Positions 19,300-29,789 of a stretch of 64,000 nt of DNA are shown one piece after another. Made by a program: the position numbers and the translations under genes. Location: the IMG/VR virus record IMGVR_UViG_3300045825_000547; one strand, written 5' to 3'. The stretch's first letter is position 1. Each line of letters starts with the position of its first letter. The notes beneath the pieces are model-generated. The model was not told where the DNA came from and made no database searches. It saw nothing but the letters and a program-made list of their open reading frames with translations. The DNA is from an uncultured virus (IMG/VR IMGVR_UViG_3300045825_000547). Lineage: Duplodnaviria; Heunggongvirae; Uroviricota; Caudoviricetes.

Positions 19300-19565
19300 A
19301 TAGAAAATGCCAACGACGATCTGTGAACTCTAGAAAAGGAACTGGGGAGAAATTTGGTTTAGATCTTTATTTTCTTCTCCTCTCAGAAGTTGGTCTTTCT
19401 TTTTAATTTGCACTAGGAAAACGTTAGGTAAGGAGAAGAGAAGAAAACAGGATTAGGAATGGAATATATACTATATTAATAGGCGGACCCCCTCTGCAAA
19501 ACCTTTCACTACGTTTGAGGCTTGTCCACTATTCAGCTATTCCTGTCTATGACTAATCGGGTATC

Positions 19566-19727
19566 AATTGTAAAGCACTGTAACAACTTTTATAGGTACC
19601 AAAAACAAGCCTCTATTCCTTTATCTATGTAAGACGCAGGTATATAAGGGTTCTACAAAATTATTATAAATTCCTTCAAATTTTAGGTACGAAAAGGCAA
19701 AAATAGTTGTTACAGTGCTTTACAATT
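19566..19727. repeat. perfect 23-bp inverted repeat with 116-bp spacer
   Basis: AATTGTAAAGCACTGTAACAACT (19566-19588) / AGTTGTTACAGTGCTTTACAATT (19705-19727). Confidence 0.95.
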
Positions 19728-19806
19728 CCAGGCAATAATCGTTCTGGATTCCATACTTGTTTTTCTAGGACCATCGGCGGGATATCCAGTTCTAACGATG
19801 TCGGGG

Positions 19807-19814
19807 TATAATTA
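19807..19814 (+). promoter_or_regulatory. putative late promoter box TATAATTA
   Basis: Same octamer (TAYAATTA) lies upstream of several structural genes. Confidence 0.45.
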
Positions 19815-19847
19815 ATAAGATTATTGGCTGTTTCTTTTGAGGATACT

Positions 19848-20843
19848 ATGCAAATATTTGACGCTTTAGATGATATTAATTTAACAATAGCTGCAGTTAT
19901 TCAAAACGAGCAAGACTGTCCTATGTTTGTAAAACAAGCATCGGTAGAATTCGGGGAAGCTGCAAGAGATAATAAAGAAGTTTGGGCATGGCCTGAACAA
20001 AAAAGATTTCCATTAGATACACCAAATGATATATTTTGGTCGCATCATTATTTTAAGAAAACTGCATCTCACCTCCCTAACAATTTTGTCAGACAAAAAG
20101 TAGCATCAGCTATTGCGTCTGCAGTAAAGATAACTGGAGTTCCTGTAGAGTTTGCTAAACAAATCACACCTGCATCAATTCCTAATGAGAGTTTTGCACT
20201 AAGGTTAAAGGCTGCAAGTTGTTCTGAGCATCTTGCTACTCAATATAAAGATTTTATAAGAAATGGGGAAATATGTATGTATCCTCTCCACACTGAAGAT
20301 CAAGTTAAGATGGCTAATGCTAATTTCCCTAAAGGCTTAGATGATTCTTTTGAGCCTCTTCGTCCTATGGTTGCTTCTGCTATTGCCGAGAAAACTGCGT
20401 CTTATCTTCTTAACCCAGCAGTTAGGGATTATCTCCCTATGAGTTTTGAGCAAGCAGCCCATGAGCTTCAAAGTAGAGCAGGGATGTTTCCTAAGCAAGC
20501 CTCTATGTATAACAAAGCTGTGGATATTCTTGCTCCTGATATGGATAAACTTCAATTCGCTATGACAATAGATGCACTTGATAAACAATCTGGTGCTGAT
20601 AAACAATATGGTAGATTCTTTAAATCTGCTAGTGTGTTCTTAAGAGGAATCGAGAACACTAGTTTCCCTGATCATGGTGTGTTAGACAAAATTGTAGTGA
20701 AGGGTGCTTCGTTTCCTATTTCTGTTTTAGAGAAAGTGGAAGATGAGTTTCCTGACCTAAGTAAGTCTGCATCTGCTCAGGAAGATATTGACAGTATGCA
20801 CCCGTCTGTGGTAAACCTACTCTATTCAATGTTAATGAGCTAG
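19848..20843 (+). CDS. head morphogenesis/core protein rich in KxAS motifs
   Basis: Nine K-x-A-S motifs; GAGGA RBS before ATG 19848; upstream of the portal. Confidence 0.6.
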   Translation: MQIFDALDDINLTIAAVIQNEQDCPMFVKQASVEFGEAARDNKEVWAWPEQKRFPLDTPNDIFWSHHYFKKTASHLPNNFVRQKVASAIASAVKITGVPVEFAKQITPASIPNESFALRLKAASCSEHLATQYKDFIRNGEICMYPLHTEDQVKMANANFPKGLDDSFEPLRPMVASAIAEKTASYLLNPAVRDYLPMSFEQAAHELQSRAGMFPKQASMYNKAVDILAPDMDKLQFAMTIDALDKQSGADKQYGRFFKSASVFLRGIENTSFPDHGVLDKIVVKGASFPISVLEKVEDEFPDLSKSASAQEDIDSMHPSVVNLLYSMLMS

Positions 20844-20850
20844 GAAACCA

Positions 20851-21438
20851 ATGATAACAACTTCGAAAATATCTGACTCGGTTTACGGGGCGACAGCGTT
20901 TGCAAAAGCAGTAGGGAGATTCAAAGACAATCTATTTGAATACGATCACAGCATAATTTCTGCACACCACTCTTCACCTCTAAGTGTAGAGAAGGCAATG
21001 GCAGTGGCAAACTTATACTCTAACCATTCCTTTTGGGAAGATTGGAATACCTTTAACCATTCCGTGAGTGTGTTGAATGATCGTCCTGCAGATTTCTACC
21101 ACCTGAGTATTCCCACTCCTGCTGAAGTTGTTTGGGCTCTTGTTCAAGTAAGGATGATAGACCCTGTGGGGAAACTTTCTAATGAAGTTGGTGCGTTTGT
21201 TGGTGCTATCTTCTCTATGGATGGCTTTGTGAAGCTCCCCCCAGAGTTAGCTAAAGAGATTACAATAGAGGATCTCCCACTTCAGTACTTCCTTACTAAA
21301 TCAAATCAACATAATACTCATCACCCAGAATCAGAAGCAATGGAGCAAGTGAAATTTAAACTTATATCAGATTATATTTCCCTCCATAACGAAGCTCTCA
21401 CTAAAGAGCTAACTGATCTGAGAACTGAATTAATATAA
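20851..21438 (+). CDS. hypothetical protein preceding the portal
   Basis: Operon position; FWEDW-x-x-F motif. Confidence 0.6.
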   Translation: MITTSKISDSVYGATAFAKAVGRFKDNLFEYDHSIISAHHSSPLSVEKAMAVANLYSNHSFWEDWNTFNHSVSVLNDRPADFYHLSIPTPAEVVWALVQVRMIDPVGKLSNEVGAFVGAIFSMDGFVKLPPELAKEITIEDLPLQYFLTKSNQHNTHHPESEAMEQVKFKLISDYISLHNEALTKELTDLRTELI

Positions 21439-21460
21439 ATCATTTTAGGAGACACTAATA

Positions 21461-23476
21461 ATGGCATCAACAGTTTATGGAGGAGGCGGGGCCACAGGAA
21501 CCATGAGAGGCTGGGCTGATAGCCAAGTAGCTTCTGGCAACACTTCAACCGGCCTTAACTACCCAAGTCCTTTCCTAAAATTTGAGGGAGTATATATCCC
21601 TAAAGACATGAAAGAGCTTATGTCTCTTATTGCTCATTCCTATTTGACAGATTCCAATATAAATCCTGCCATTGAGAACATGTCTGCCTACCCAATAACA
21701 AAATTAGAATATATCCGTCCAGAGAACATAGATGATCTTGACGTATTTAAACCTATAGAGAAATACTGGCAAAAAATACTTGATAAAGATTTAGATGTGA
21801 GAAGTTTTAACATTTCCATGGGTTATGACTACTTCGGTTACGGGAACGCGTTTATGAGTGTGTACCAGCCGTTTGATAGATGGCTTAAATGCTCTACTTG
21901 TAAAAAAGACCACTGCATGAGCCAAAAGAACACTACCTGGAAATGGAAGAACTTAAAGTTCTATGTAGATTGTAAATTCTGCGGATATTTGAAAGAGGCA
22001 ACCTTCTTTGACAAGCCTCGGCCAGTTTCTCAAGGCATAAACTTGGTTAAATGGAACCCTTTCAATATGCAGATTAAACATATCGCCACTAGTGGGAGAA
22101 ATATCTACAAATACGCCATTCCTAATGATGTGAAAGCTGCCATCACAAAAGGGGACCCTGATTACCTTAAAGAAGTTCCTGGTGAGTTTATTAAAGCAGT
22201 AGTAAATAGCTTGAAAGGAAAAGGAGAAGCTCTTATAACATTCGATGAGGGCCAAATCTTTGCACTTCAACGTCCTTCGATTAGTCTTCCTGGAGGAGCA
22301 TGTGTTGGTTGGGGCGTTCCGTTAGCTGCTAGTAGTTTGAGGGACATTTTCTTCAAGAATGTAATGAGAAGAGCTCAAGCAATGGTTCTTAACGAGCACA
22401 TAATCCCATTTAGAGTATTTAGTCCTTCTGTTATGGAACAACCGTCTGTTATGGCAAATATGGCTTCATGGAGGAGTAATTTAGAATCCTCTTACTATAA
22501 GTGGAGAGCTAACCCGGTTAATATTATGACCAGTCCTATCCCTATCAATGTTCAACAAGTTGGTGGAAATGGAAAGGCACTCACTTTGTTTGCAGAGATG
22601 CAGGAAACAGATAAGAGTATCATAAAAGGGATGAACATTCCTAGAGAGTTTGTTGAGGGTGGTCTAACCTATTCTGGCTCAAGTGTGAGTATAAGAATGT
22701 TGGAGAATATCCTCCATGACTACGTGCAGAGAAGTAATCGAATGATCAATTGGATTGTTAAAAAGATTTCTGAGCTTACTGGTGTAGTTGCTGTAGAAGT
22801 GCAGTACACTAAATTCAAAATGGCAGACGATGTGCAAGTTAAAAGTCTTTATGCTAACCTTCAGGGGAATAAAACTATTTCTGCTAAGAAGCTTGGGGAT
22901 ATATTTGATTTTGACTCTGATGCAGAGATTAAACAAGTTGCGGAAGAGCAAGCACTTATCATGATTGAGCAAGCTCGTGCTCAGGCTAAAGCGCAGTACG
23001 TGTTGAACCAAGTAACACAAGAATACTCCAATGCTATGCCGACTGTGATGGGTAATTTCAAGAATCCTATGGACCCCTCTCAAACTCAGCAACTAAAACA
23101 ACAAGTAGAGAATTTGCCTCCGGATCAACAACAGAACGCTCTTGGACAACTTTCTCAGCAAGACCCTTATGCGGCACAAACCGTGGGAGGGGCTATGGGT
23201 AATAAACAAGAACTTGCACACGATATTCAAACTATGGAGAATTTAGCACCTGAACAGGCAGAAATGGCTATGGAGGAGTTATACTACAAAAATCCTACAA
23301 AATATAATATGATGAAGTTATTCTTTGTTCCTGGTAGTAGTAAAGCTGATCAACTGAATGGTGTGAGTAATAGAGTAGCTGGTGCACCAACACTTTCACC
23401 GGCACCAGGATTGCCAGTAAATATGCAACCAGCCCCAGAACAAAGACCCCCGAGGGGGCCGTTTAGATCTATGTAA
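21461..23476 (+). CDS. portal protein with zinc-ribbon insertion
   Basis: DYFGYGNAF, WG-x-P, GMNIPREF and LTYSGSSV motifs; CSTC..CKFC insert; Gln-rich tail. Confidence 0.78.
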   Translation: MASTVYGGGGATGTMRGWADSQVASGNTSTGLNYPSPFLKFEGVYIPKDMKELMSLIAHSYLTDSNINPAIENMSAYPITKLEYIRPENIDDLDVFKPIEKYWQKILDKDLDVRSFNISMGYDYFGYGNAFMSVYQPFDRWLKCSTCKKDHCMSQKNTTWKWKNLKFYVDCKFCGYLKEATFFDKPRPVSQGINLVKWNPFNMQIKHIATSGRNIYKYAIPNDVKAAITKGDPDYLKEVPGEFIKAVVNSLKGKGEALITFDEGQIFALQRPSISLPGGACVGWGVPLAASSLRDIFFKNVMRRAQAMVLNEHIIPFRVFSPSVMEQPSVMANMASWRSNLESSYYKWRANPVNIMTSPIPINVQQVGGNGKALTLFAEMQETDKSIIKGMNIPREFVEGGLTYSGSSVSIRMLENILHDYVQRSNRMINWIVKKISELTGVVAVEVQYTKFKMADDVQVKSLYANLQGNKTISAKKLGDIFDFDSDAEIKQVAEEQALIMIEQARAQAKAQYVLNQVTQEYSNAMPTVMGNFKNPMDPSQTQQLKQQVENLPPDQQQNALGQLSQQDPYAAQTVGGAMGNKQELAHDIQTMENLAPEQAEMAMEELYYKNPTKYNMMKLFFVPGSSKADQLNGVSNRVAGAPTLSPAPGLPVNMQPAPEQRPPRGPFRSM

Positions 23477-23945
23477 GAGAAGGAGAAGATTGGTTCCCTT
23501 TTTCGGGGACCACCGCTTCGGTGTTTATGTTCGACATCTTAATCCCAAAAATATCTGGTCTATTTTTGTTTAAGATAGCTTCTATTTCGTTTTCCAAACT
23601 TCTTCCACTAGTTTCTATCCATTTGGTAGCTACCTGCGGGCCTACGAAATCTATTACCATTTGTAATTTATCGTGTCCTGCTATTTTGAAATTAGGATCC
23701 AATTTCATATTTTTTCTTTCTTGCTCAACTACCCAACTGATAGCTTGTTCCACTCTTTTCTCTAGAAAATGTTGGTTAGCCTCATCGATCTGTAAAAGGT
23801 TAAGCACCTTTTTATCTTTGCTCCACTCGTTCCATCTTTTCACAGCAAACGCCACGATGAATGGGGTTGCGGCAGTCATAACCCCCGCAACCACTTGAGA
23901 AAGTGTATTGATACCTGATTCTAATATTAAGCTTAAACTTGACAT
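23469..23945 (-). CDS. holin (LL-H-like)
   Basis: Single N-terminal TM helix; A-I-x-W-V-x-E-Q, G-x-D-K-L and I-E-A motifs. Confidence 0.6.
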   Translation of the reverse strand: MSSLSLILESGINTLSQVVAGVMTAATPFIVAFAVKRWNEWSKDKKVLNLLQIDEANQHFLEKRVEQAISWVVEQERKNMKLDPNFKIAGHDKLQMVIDFVGPQVATKWIETSGRSLENEIEAILNKNRPDIFGIKMSNINTEAVVPEKGNQSSPSLT

Positions 23946-23976
23946 TGGGTTTTCCTCCCTTGTTCTCTAATCTTCT

Positions 23977-24750
23977 TTAATAGTACCTATAATGTATAGG
24001 TTTAAATGCTGAAGCGGTTTTTGCAGGTCCTGCATGTTTTTTCATGTACGCATCATGGTGGTCAGACAGTTGTTGCATTTGGTCTTGTACAGCATGTGTT
24101 GGGCTAGGTTTACCAGGTATAAGAGATGGGACCGGGTTAGCTTTATTGTACGTCACAATATTTTGGTGAGCAGGTACAATATTATCGTTATGGTGCTGTG
24201 CCCATTGTTGTCTAAACTCTGGAGTAGATACATGGTTAGCGTCTGATGCTTTAGCGTGGAAATCGGTAGATGTTGCTATGTGAGGTTTAACGTCATTTTT
24301 ATAATATTCCATAAAACTTTTTCCAGGCACAGGGCCTTTAGCCGCATTCCCTGCATTTGCCAAACTTTTTTTAGAAATTGCATTATCTTTTATCCCCTTT
24401 ATTTGTTTAGGTATATTGACTGCCTCTTTAAATCCCTTCACCACCCCTTCCGGGTGTTTAGCGGCGGCATGTGCTATAGCTCCTGCACCCAACAAGCCCA
24501 CCCCGCCTATAACTCCCGCTATTCCTTTTTTAGCGTAACCCATAATCCCTTTAGTTGCCTGGGATTTAGCAGTTCCGATTATGTTGTGGTAAGCTGCGTG
24601 TAGCTCTGGCTTAAACTTCTGGTAACCCATATACCCTGCACCACCTGCAATTCCTGCAGCGGCCACATTGCCCACAAGGCCTAAGCCTCCACCCCTCTCA
24701 TCCTCTCCCGCACTTTTCAGAAGATAACGTTCCATTCTATTTGTATTCAT
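23977..24750 (-). CDS. putative internal virion protein with Gly/Ala hydrophobic helices
   Basis: N-terminal YLLKSAGED and C-terminal KTAS; two Gly-rich hydrophobic segments. Confidence 0.5.
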   Translation of the reverse strand: MNTNRMERYLLKSAGEDERGGGLGLVGNVAAAGIAGGAGYMGYQKFKPELHAAYHNIIGTAKSQATKGIMGYAKKGIAGVIGGVGLLGAGAIAHAAAKHPEGVVKGFKEAVNIPKQIKGIKDNAISKKSLANAGNAAKGPVPGKSFMEYYKNDVKPHIATSTDFHAKASDANHVSTPEFRQQWAQHHNDNIVPAHQNIVTYNKANPVPSLIPGKPSPTHAVQDQMQQLSDHHDAYMKKHAGPAKTASAFKPIHYRYY

Positions 24751-24753
24751 CTC

Positions 24754-26388
24754 TTACACCCTCAACAAAACAACTTGATCAGGATCAACTGATGTTGATC
24801 CATGAACTGTTCCTGCTAGAGAAACATTCACTAACGCACTTCCGTCACCTGTTTTATTATATTTTCCTGGCATCTCTCTTTGTCCGTTAACAAACAAGAA
24901 AGTGTTGTCTATATTTGCAATAGGACTTCCACTAAAACTTCCTATGTTAGACCCAATAGTCCAAGAAAGCCCTGGCACTACCACATTCTCTAGTTTCCAT
25001 AGATTGGCATACGCCGCGCCAGTGAAGTACATAACCACTATATCCATATCAGGGTCGTTTAATAAATATGGTGCATTAATGTTGAACTGATTACCCACAA
25101 CATTAATCTCCCCGTTAAGTGTGAAGAATGCTCTACCACTTACCCACACTATGACTTTACTAGCACTAGCCGGAATTGCTTGGAGCGTTTTCACATCACC
25201 CACCCCGCTGTAGCCTTTGAAATACTCCAACTTCAGAAAGTTTGATGAAGCTGCATCATTGAACACCGATACCACGTATTCATCACTTAGTGAAAGAGTG
25301 CGGTAAGGCAAGCCTCTTGCAGTTGGGTCTACTCTTACTACTCCACCGACTTGGGAATACTCTGGGACAAACCCTGTCCCAGTTATATGAGAATAACTAG
25401 AATTGATCATTAAATTTCCATTTATTGTTAATATGCTTAGCTCAGCTACGATAGGGGTGTGACTCACAGGCACTTCGAATCTACCATCTCCTGCTATGAC
25501 AACTCCGCCACCAGTAGGTGTAGAATTGTTTATCAGAATACTAGATTGACTATCTCTTATATAAGATAGGTCTAAAATTTCTCCCCCTGCAAACGGAGTT
25601 CCTCTCCAACGGATAAAAGGGTACTCAAGTGAATAATCTACGCCAACCACTTTTCTAGTATTATTAACAAACAACTGTGCAGCACCAATCATATTTATTT
25701 TTGGTATAGCTCCTATGTTATAACTAGATATTCCTGCAGTTGCTGCAAAGGCTAATCTATTTTGAAATTCCGATAATCGGTACGGAACAGAGGTTCTTTT
25801 ATTGAAATAGTACGCAAACACTATGTCCGTAGTTGTGAGTGCAGGGCTACCTGTCCATGAAAGTACCGGATCACTAAAAGTGAAAGAAGAGAACGTGAAA
25901 CCATTCACTACTAAGAAAATTGATTCGATAGTAGCAGGAAGCGAAAGTCCTCCGCCTTCTCCTAGAAGAGAAATGTTACTACCCGAAAACACACCCGAAT
26001 GCATATTAATTGGTTCAATAGTTATTAAGTCCGCTGTGTAGTCGTTAGCAGGGCCCCATATTGTTATGTTAGTGTGAAGAGGGATACTAATGTTTGGGTT
26101 GATCCATCTAGCTTCTGTGGTTCCTGGAATGTAATCTATCCCTGGGCAATAAGATTTCCCATCAAACGAAATGATATACTTGTTCTTCCCAAAAGCCACA
26201 GGAAGGGGGATGTTTCCCCCCACACTTATAGACGATTGAGTATTCACCGTTCTGCTAATTAATTGGATCCCATCAGTTGGGTTATTTGCTAAGAGCTGTC
26301 CTATATTAGGGCGAGTTCCCCCAGAAGGGGTCCCCGTTATGGTAATACCATCAGCCGCGATATCTGAGATTATTCCATTTATTGGCAT
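24754..26388 (-). CDS. baseplate/fibre protein with repeated beta-sandwich units
   Basis: About six degenerate 'LFVNG...G-x-DY'-type repeats. Confidence 0.6.
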   Translation of the reverse strand: MPINGIISDIAADGITITGTPSGGTRPNIGQLLANNPTDGIQLISRTVNTQSSISVGGNIPLPVAFGKNKYIISFDGKSYCPGIDYIPGTTEARWINPNISIPLHTNITIWGPANDYTADLITIEPINMHSGVFSGSNISLLGEGGGLSLPATIESIFLVVNGFTFSSFTFSDPVLSWTGSPALTTTDIVFAYYFNKRTSVPYRLSEFQNRLAFAATAGISSYNIGAIPKINMIGAAQLFVNNTRKVVGVDYSLEYPFIRWRGTPFAGGEILDLSYIRDSQSSILINNSTPTGGGVVIAGDGRFEVPVSHTPIVAELSILTINGNLMINSSYSHITGTGFVPEYSQVGGVVRVDPTARGLPYRTLSLSDEYVVSVFNDAASSNFLKLEYFKGYSGVGDVKTLQAIPASASKVIVWVSGRAFFTLNGEINVVGNQFNINAPYLLNDPDMDIVVMYFTGAAYANLWKLENVVVPGLSWTIGSNIGSFSGSPIANIDNTFLFVNGQREMPGKYNKTGDGSALVNVSLAGTVHGSTSVDPDQVVLLRV

Positions 26389-29300
26389 TATCTTACTCTC
26401 CTAAAGTCTTTCAATTCGCATACAAATGCTTGTGCTGCATTGTTTAATACAAACAAACCATCTCTCACTTCATAAGTGAATAGAAGCAGCCTTCCATCTT
26501 GTTCTATTAAACATACCCACGCACTAAGTCCTTCATTTTGGTGAGTATTCACGTTTAACGCCAAAGTTCCATCAAACACTATATCAGCCCCCTCAAGGAA
26601 CGGATTGTTGAACTGTTGGTATTGGAACACATCATTCATTCCTAGAGGACTAGGGTTGATCACGCCATTTCCTGTCACCAACACCCCTTGCACCGAAGGG
26701 AGGATTATATCCAATGGGCCAAATGGGTTGTTAGTAAAGATGCCACTACCATCTGTAGTTTGGAGAAGAAACCCTCTATCAACCACAGTAGCTACAGAGT
26801 TAGTAGAGAACGGAACAAACGGGGAAGAGTTGTAATGGTATTTGATTACTATATTCTGTGTTTCGTTTCTTGATTCAAGAACACCAAACTTCACTACACT
26901 GCTTGTTATTGGTCTGTACCCAGTACCAGCAACCACATAATTTGCTTGAGCAGCCACAGGGAGTCCTGCATACTGTGTGTTGGATATATTCATGTCAATT
27001 TTTAATAGATTACTGCCCATACCTGTAAGAGCTACTGGTACAGCGTAGTCTTCTAAATACACACTACTTACATTGTTTAGGGATTCCATTCCATAAATTA
27101 AATTACCGCTACTATAAAAGATAATCCCAGAAGCCGGAGCTAGAATAGGATTAATCATTTTAGCTTCAGTAAGATCACTAACTTCTGCACTTCCTGTGTC
27201 ATAGTCCAATTCTTTTCCTACCACACCCATGCAGAACCAAACTACATCCCCACTTGGAACAACTGCTGCCAGCTTAACTTCAAATCTATTATTAGAACTA
27301 TCCCATTTACACTCTCTAACAGCTAGGACTTGGCCATTTTTGTCTAGTACCGAGCTAACACCGTTAAACTGATAAGTATCAGACCCGTCAACATAAGTAT
27401 CGGGGATAATATATGCAGTATTAGTAAGATTATTTCCATTGAACGGCACTCGCATTTGAATTGCGTAAAACTTGAATACTGATCCTAATGCTGTTTCCCA
27501 TAATTGTCTTTTCCATACTTCACTACCAACTACCACGTCTGGTCCTAACTCGCTTTGCTTCACACCATTGACCGCTTTCTTAGAGTTTAGCCAATACTTG
27601 CTGGCGAATGCGGCACTATCGTTAATACTTGCTGACACCATATCTGCCGGAAGATGTGAGAACCCTAACCTGGTTGTGTACTTCACCTTAAACGATACTA
27701 AGATAGCTCCTGGGTCGTGGGAAGAAAAGCTTGCATCTCCTGTGTCTAAGTAAATGTCCGCTACCTCATTAAGTGGCCCTACTGCCCAGTTCCCTAATGT
27801 CTTCACGTTAGCTCCGTCACTTGCCCAAACCACACTTATATCTTTGGGTTGACCTGTTACTACATCCAATACTATTTCTGTATCTGTTGTTCCTGCAGGA
27901 ACTTTAATTGTTAGTTTGTGGCCACCAGCACTGTTAAATACCCCCACATATCCTGAGAAATCTACATTTGATTGGCAGGTGAAACTCATAGTGTCCGGCT
28001 TAGCTAGGTTATGCCCCCAGAGTCTTCTTCCCCCATTTGGTAGTCCAATAGAAGTGCCTAAAGCATTTGTTCCCAAGAAATCTACCTGAAGAGGCTTAGT
28101 CGAATAATGTCCTGTATTACCTGAACCATAAATAGCCTGCTCAAGTTTAACCGGAAGATCTCCTTTAAGAAGAAACTGTCCATGTTTCCCTACAAGCTCT
28201 TTTGGTGTGCGTCTATTTATAGTAGGAGCGTTTATTAATATCTCTGGTGTCTTTATTATTAATGCAGTTTTGTTATCAGGTCTATTTAATCCACCATTAC
28301 CATTTGCTACACCAAACACACCAGTGTTGTATCTACTCACTATCGCTATAGGGAGTGCGTAGGTGTGCGCGTCATAGGTGTTCTCTGGTTTACTTGCTGT
28401 GAATAAATTCCCTGCTTGGCGAGTAAAGCCTACAGGCACTGCCGCATTATTTATTATTGAAGAGTGCAACATTGCATGGTCTAAAGAAATAATTCCAGGG
28501 TCTAGGGTTCTAGTTACTCTTATCACGCTGCTAACCCTAAGCACAGGGTCTGCTACAAACTCAGTCTCTAACCAAACCACATCGAAAGCGCTGCCTGAAA
28601 CTGGTGGAGGTGGTAGGAGAATGTTTTGATTACTAATCTCCACACCAAAACCATTTATACTTACGGTTTCTGCATTGATGTGGATTGTGTTATCTAACCC
28701 ACTCACCTCGTCTATCTTTACTGGGTTAAGCCACCCAGTTGGATGTTCAGCTCTAGGGATAATTGCTTGATCCTGTTGAACCCTTGTTAGGGAGATAATG
28801 TCATTAACTACCTGAAACACCACACCAGTAAGGTCTGTAGCAGCACCACCAACAGGCGCTTCTGATTTAGCTATTATATAGTGAGTACTTGAGGAAAAAG
28901 CTATCGAGGAATCCTCTGTTATTGCAGGAATACCTGTTTGCTTGTGCACCATTACGTAAATATATTTATTTTGAAAAGTTGCAGCAGATGAATATGTTTT
29001 AACAAGTGCGTATGGGGAACCTGGGACAGCTTTAGTGTTGAATGTCGTGAAGTCATTAATCACTCTAGCTATATGCTTACAAGGACTTAACAGCACACTC
29101 ATATTAGTAAGGCTATATAGATGTGTAGGGTCTGTACTTATTTCACTATCTTGGAGGAGAGTGATGAAAAAATTGCCACCAGCTCTTAATGAGCTCTCTG
29201 CTAACAACACTTCACTGATCACAGCAGAATCTGCTAAAGGTTTATTGAGTTGCCCTGCGATGTATCTTTGCGAATCATAGTAAAGCTTTGTTGCCTCAAG

Positions 29301-29777
29301 TCCTCCTGTGCTCTTTGCCACTAAGGCCTCGGTTCTGTCAGTAAGTTCAATATCTACTGTACTCGTACTCATCGGCTGTGTATAGTAAATACTTGTGTTG
29401 TCTGTAACCACACTTCCGTTATTTGCTGGCCATGATATTGCACCAAACACTACTTTCCCGGTAGGAAGTGTTGTTGAGAGGCCTATATCACTGTGCGGCT
29501 CATCATAATAGATCCAAACCTTTCCTGCAGGAAGTCCCACAAAGATTTTATAGACAGGTGGGTTTAATGGAGTTCTGTATATAGTAGGAGAAGCCGTTAC
29601 CCCAAAAGAAAGCTCCACAGCTTTAGTGATGCCGGTGTGGTTGACATCACCACTACCACTCACATTCCCTTCGTATAAATTAAGGAAATAGGGAGATATC
29701 AAGATAGACCTACCGAGAGACGGTTGCTTAGAAAGCACCCCTCCGGCGTAGATCCCGTATTGTTGTAGAATCGTCAC
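26388..29777 (-). CDS. large baseplate/tail-fibre structural protein
   Basis: 1129 aa, beta-rich; 'LPPPP.SGS.FD.VWLE' and 'YALPIAIVSR..N..G...RPD' motifs seen in phage baseplate proteins. Confidence 0.6.
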   Translation of the reverse strand: MTILQQYGIYAGGVLSKQPSLGRSILISPYFLNLYEGNVSGSGDVNHTGITKAVELSFGVTASPTIYRTPLNPPVYKIFVGLPAGKVWIYYDEPHSDIGLSTTLPTGKVVFGAISWPANNGSVVTDNTSIYYTQPMSTSTVDIELTDRTEALVAKSTGGLEATKLYYDSQRYIAGQLNKPLADSAVISEVLLAESSLRAGGNFFITLLQDSEISTDPTHLYSLTNMSVLLSPCKHIARVINDFTTFNTKAVPGSPYALVKTYSSAATFQNKYIYVMVHKQTGIPAITEDSSIAFSSSTHYIIAKSEAPVGGAATDLTGVVFQVVNDIISLTRVQQDQAIIPRAEHPTGWLNPVKIDEVSGLDNTIHINAETVSINGFGVEISNQNILLPPPPVSGSAFDVVWLETEFVADPVLRVSSVIRVTRTLDPGIISLDHAMLHSSIINNAAVPVGFTRQAGNLFTASKPENTYDAHTYALPIAIVSRYNTGVFGVANGNGGLNRPDNKTALIIKTPEILINAPTINRRTPKELVGKHGQFLLKGDLPVKLEQAIYGSGNTGHYSTKPLQVDFLGTNALGTSIGLPNGGRRLWGHNLAKPDTMSFTCQSNVDFSGYVGVFNSAGGHKLTIKVPAGTTDTEIVLDVVTGQPKDISVVWASDGANVKTLGNWAVGPLNEVADIYLDTGDASFSSHDPGAILVSFKVKYTTRLGFSHLPADMVSASINDSAAFASKYWLNSKKAVNGVKQSELGPDVVVGSEVWKRQLWETALGSVFKFYAIQMRVPFNGNNLTNTAYIIPDTYVDGSDTYQFNGVSSVLDKNGQVLAVRECKWDSSNNRFEVKLAAVVPSGDVVWFCMGVVGKELDYDTGSAEVSDLTEAKMINPILAPASGIIFYSSGNLIYGMESLNNVSSVYLEDYAVPVALTGMGSNLLKIDMNISNTQYAGLPVAAQANYVVAGTGYRPITSSVVKFGVLESRNETQNIVIKYHYNSSPFVPFSTNSVATVVDRGFLLQTTDGSGIFTNNPFGPLDIILPSVQGVLVTGNGVINPSPLGMNDVFQYQQFNNPFLEGADIVFDGTLALNVNTHQNEGLSAWVCLIEQDGRLLLFTYEVRDGLFVLNNAAQAFVCELKDFRRVR

Positions 29778-29789
29778 TTGGTAATCCTC

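Noticed and set aside
19566..19727. Protelomerase site or IS terminal repeats
   Set aside because: The arms are 116 bp apart rather than a continuous palindrome. No protelomerase, transposase or clear target-site duplication is visible.
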